Assembly (NCBI RefSeq): GCF_964355755.1
Contig: NC_092676.1
Location: 20,664,871-20,728,870 of the forward strand
DNA length: 64,000 bases
Reading direction: 5' to 3'
Source: Antedon mediterranea
Taxonomy: Eukaryota; Animalia; Echinodermata
In this document: positions 60,895 through 64,000 of the stretch, in pieces
How positions within the stretch are numbered: the stretch's first letter is position 1
Layout: each line of letters starts with the position of its first letter
Program-made: the position numbers and the translations under genes
The notes under the pieces: model-generated
The model's database searches: none
What the model was told of the DNA's origin: nothing
The model's input: only the letters and a program-made list of their open reading frames with translations

Positions 60895-61165
60895 TCAAAT
60901 TGAAGTTCTGTAAGAACTGCGATTACTTTCAGAAACGCTAAATGAACTGCCGCTAATGGAAGAAGTGTTTATACTGTCTGGCCTTTTCATTGACCCTTCA
61001 GCAAATTTATCTCGAAATGGTGAAAATACAAAATATGTTATTGTAGAAGCAATGAAAATGGTAATTGCAATGTAACCGTTGTACGTCATGACGGCTAACA
61101 TGAGAAAGTAGCCAGTTATGACTTGTAACAGGTGAAGAGTGGATCGTGTTACATGAAGACGCAAC
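60895..61165 (-). CDS. Terminal exon of a Ctr/SLC31A-family copper transporter (TM2-TM3 and tail); upstream exons not identified in window
   Basis: tttcacag acceptor, then LRLHVTRSTLHLLQVITGYFLMLAVMTYNGYIAITIFIASTITYFVF. Contains the Ctr signature GY.LMLxxMTYN (MxxxM). Confidence 0.85.
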
Positions 61166-62733
61166 CTGTGAAATAAATAAGATGATAATCAGATTGACCA
61201 TTAAATGTATATACTTTTCCCTGAAAAAATAAATGTATCAATTAAACATAATAACTATTCATTTGGCTAAAAAAAAAGAATACATTAGAGGCAGGAGCCC
61301 CGGATAGCGTTACGAAGTCGTTAACTCCAGACAGCACAGCTAATGTGTTTTTCCAAGGATAATTTCTCAATACCTAAACTTTGTCACCGCCCATAAGTGA
61401 GCTTTCCATTAACCATTGGCCAATGAACACCATGTAACCTACTTAACCAATTTCGTCACATGGTTCGTTGGGTATAGTAATTGATTGGGTTGTTTAATAC
61501 AATGACCTTGCTCTACTGAAGTACATACAAACATCGGCATACATGATCCACATGAGAAGAATAATAAATCCAAAGGAAAAATACTGAAAAATGATCTCAC
61601 TGTTTTTAAATCGTTTTGATTTAGCTTTTTGCTTTATTTAATTTACTTTGTTTCTCCATTGCGATCCAGCCACTGATACCCACAACATTGTCATTATCTC
61701 AGTAATTTGCCTTTGCATTTATATTACACACAGGAAACTGATTATACACAGAAAAAAAAGATACAGTAAATATAAAATAAACACAATTCGTTTACAGTCA
61801 ACAGTATTGTTTTACAAAGAACACCGCCTTCCTTTGAATCAAATAAGGCGGAACGCAACGCATCATTATTTTGCGGCACACTATTGATTGCGGATTAATA
61901 GATAACAACACTCGAGATAACCACAATTATAAATAAATTAAGCTGCTCATGATAATTATAATAATAATTTATTGGCACTACACTTTCTCTATCAGTGTGA
62001 CACTTCAACTTGTGAAGGTGCGTCCAAAGAAACAAAATACAGTATAACAATAAAAAAGAGAAATAGCAATAATTATAATTGGTAAAATATTTAGATTTTA
62101 ATCCGCGTTTTCCTCTCCATTGTTTAATAACCAATTAATACTAATAATAGGCTGAACATGTGGGACGCTGGTTTGGATCATTTGGAGCTAAGACTATTCG
62201 TGAAAGAAATAAAATCGCGTCTGTACATTCATACACGTTTACATTTTTTTTTTTAATCTATGATACTGACAACAATTATATATTTTTATTTTAAAGAAGT
62301 TAAAAACATTGTCGTAACATTGATGTTGTTATAAACTCAATAATCATAACTAAACATCTCCATCTATTATACAATACAAACCATACAGTGCAATACAAAA
62401 TTAGTATAATTAGTTTTAATGTGTTATTGACCTTCATTGTTATCATGACTCATCTATTAAGCGATTCAACGAATAATGTGCACAAAATAGGACAACATTT
62501 TGTATGCCTAATTTTATAATGATATTAAAATATAGGATATATTTTTTTACAAATAACGCTTTAATTTATTAACATTGATAATTATGGTACTATACGCCTG
62601 TTGAAGAAGTAAAAAGTGAGTGAAAAAATATAAACTGGTCACATTTCTATACACTGACTTAGTGACTAAGTTAAATACTAAGCGGAAAACATCTAAGTAA
62701 AACGATATCTAAACACTACAGCAACTAACACCA

Positions 62734-63999
62734 TTAATCTGAGTTTGCATGTTTTAGTGCATTCAAAATGTCGATTCGATAATCTCGTTTCCAACTTTCT
62801 GCTGAGATGTTGCATATGTGTACAATGCATTCTATGCATTTTCCTTCGATTGATAGCTTTACGTCAAAACGTGTCGCAAAAGCATATCTATCCCCATTTG
62901 TTTTCATGCGATAGTCCCAACCGTTACCGAGAAGAAAGTCTAATTGTCCAAAACTTTCTGGCGAATATTCTTCACGAAAGCAGTTACTGGCATTAAGACC
63001 AAATAACTTGGTATCTATGCCCTGTTCGTATAATATACTAAACCGCACTTGCCTTTTTTTGCTTGATAAACCGCGCTGTATCTGTTGGCGTATACACCTT
63101 CTTAATGTAGCTTTTCGCTCTTCATAAGTTGCCTTTGAAATATTAATAAGAGAATTGACTCGTTCTTCGGCTGCTTGAAGTGTGGCACGACGGCGTTCAG
63201 CCCACCTTCCGTTAATTTTTAGCTTAACAGGCTTGGGATTTGTTAGGACTTCGGTAAAGGATCCTACCATCAATAGGTTATATGTTCCCAATTTTCGAAG
63301 TTTGTAACCACGTCCCTCAACAATTCCGTCGTTATTATTGATATGTAACGATGTTAAAAAATGATAAATATCGTCGTCATCGGTTGGTAGAAATGATCCA
63401 ATTGAAACTAGTTCATCTTCTAAAACACATTGTGTAATTTCCTCGCTTTCTTTCGTAGTTCTTTGATGTGACAAATTTGCATTTTCCAACGTTGCTAGAT
63501 GTCGACTATGCTTATTTTTCATGGGTTTTCGTTTACTCTTTTTGTGTTTAGAGCTAGACACTTTTTGTGTTGATGATTGAACATCTTCTAGATTCGGATT
63601 AATATCTTCTTGGTATTTGTAACAACTTAGGACATCACAGTACCCAATAACGATGTGTTTGGTTTCATCACTAAAATCGTAAGATATTTCTAATATTTTA
63701 CGAAAGGGATCGTTGATAAGGACATTGCCCTCTTGTTGTTTCGATTCTAGGTTAAAATTGATTGTATCTCCTTCGACCAAATTCTCATGCTTTACCGTAC
63801 ATCTCATTGGCGCACTCAAGTCATGGACCTTTCTCTTCCGATTTCGCTTACCCAGTTTTTCCATCGGCGTTGTTTTTCGAATGTAATTTGGTAACAGAAA
63901 TGTGTCATGTTTTGACTGCCATCCTTGATAGTGAACACCAAAATGATTACCATCAGGTAATATGTTTATTCCAGTGATAGTTGCGGCTCTCCAAACACC
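62734..63999 (-). CDS. Intronless ORF of at least 421 aa, open past the window edge; N-terminal chromo-barrel/Tudor-knot-like motif; possibly transposon-borne
   Basis: The 376-aa ORF frame stays open upstream of its Met to the edge: GVWRAATITGINILPDGNHFGVHYQGWQSKHDTFLLPNYIRKTTP-MEK. W..A.I...VHYQGW.SK.D...IR matches the chromo-barrel/Tudor-knot pattern. Confidence 0.68.
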   Translation of the reverse strand, partial: GVWRAATITGINILPDGNHFGVHYQGWQSKHDTFLLPNYIRKTTPMEKLGKRNRKRKVHDLSAPMRCTVKHENLVEGDTINFNLESKQQEGNVLINDPFRKILEISYDFSDETKHIVIGYCDVLSCYKYQEDINPNLEDVQSSTQKVSSSKHKKSKRKPMKNKHSRHLATLENANLSHQRTTKESEEITQCVLEDELVSIGSFLPTDDDDIYHFLTSLHINNNDGIVEGRGYKLRKLGTYNLLMVGSFTEVLTNPKPVKLKINGRWAERRRATLQAAEERVNSLINISKATYEERKATLRRCIRQQIQRGLSSKKRQVRFSILYEQGIDTKLFGLNASNCFREEYSPESFGQLDFLLGNGWDYRMKTNGDRYAFATRFDVKLSIEGKCIECIVHICNISAESWKRDYRIDILNALKHANSD

Positions 64000-64000
64000 A

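Noticed and set aside
61824-61851. GC-clamped hairpin ccgcctt..tttga-a-tcaaa..aaggcgg as a terminator or Helitron end
   Set aside because: No CTRR end or other supporting context.

Overview
AT-rich, intron-dense animal genomic DNA, most likely from a marine invertebrate (inferred from gene content and repeat families). Bases 1-41.8 kb hold the 3' part (about 79 exons) of a giant + strand type-I membrane protein with at least 21 MAM and 15 LDL-receptor class A domains, a TM helix and a tail carrying NPxY and FDNxxY motifs (MALRD1/MAMDC4-like). A convergent 13-coding-exon RUNDC1 lies at 45684-56696 (-). It is followed on the - strand by a two-exon gene for a myristoylation-motif protein packed with RxLPxxP SH3-ligand repeats, the last exon of a divergent Ctr/SLC31 copper transporter, and an intronless ORF that runs off the window edge with a chromo-barrel/Tudor-knot-like N-terminal region. 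The most striking structure is a 4.18 kb Academ-type DNA transposon (TAG...CTA ends, AAT target-site duplication) in a MAM-gene intron. It is rearranged into a foldback whose 1.6-1.8 kb arms each carry a minisatellite and the transposase Cys-rich C-terminus, and its XPG-like nuclease remnant is interrupted by a 55-bp hAT-type micro-element. Introns also hold many MITEs, SINE/LINE remnants, degenerate hammerhead motifs and a decayed copy of one of the gene's own exons. All calls come from reading the sequence by eye; no searches were run.
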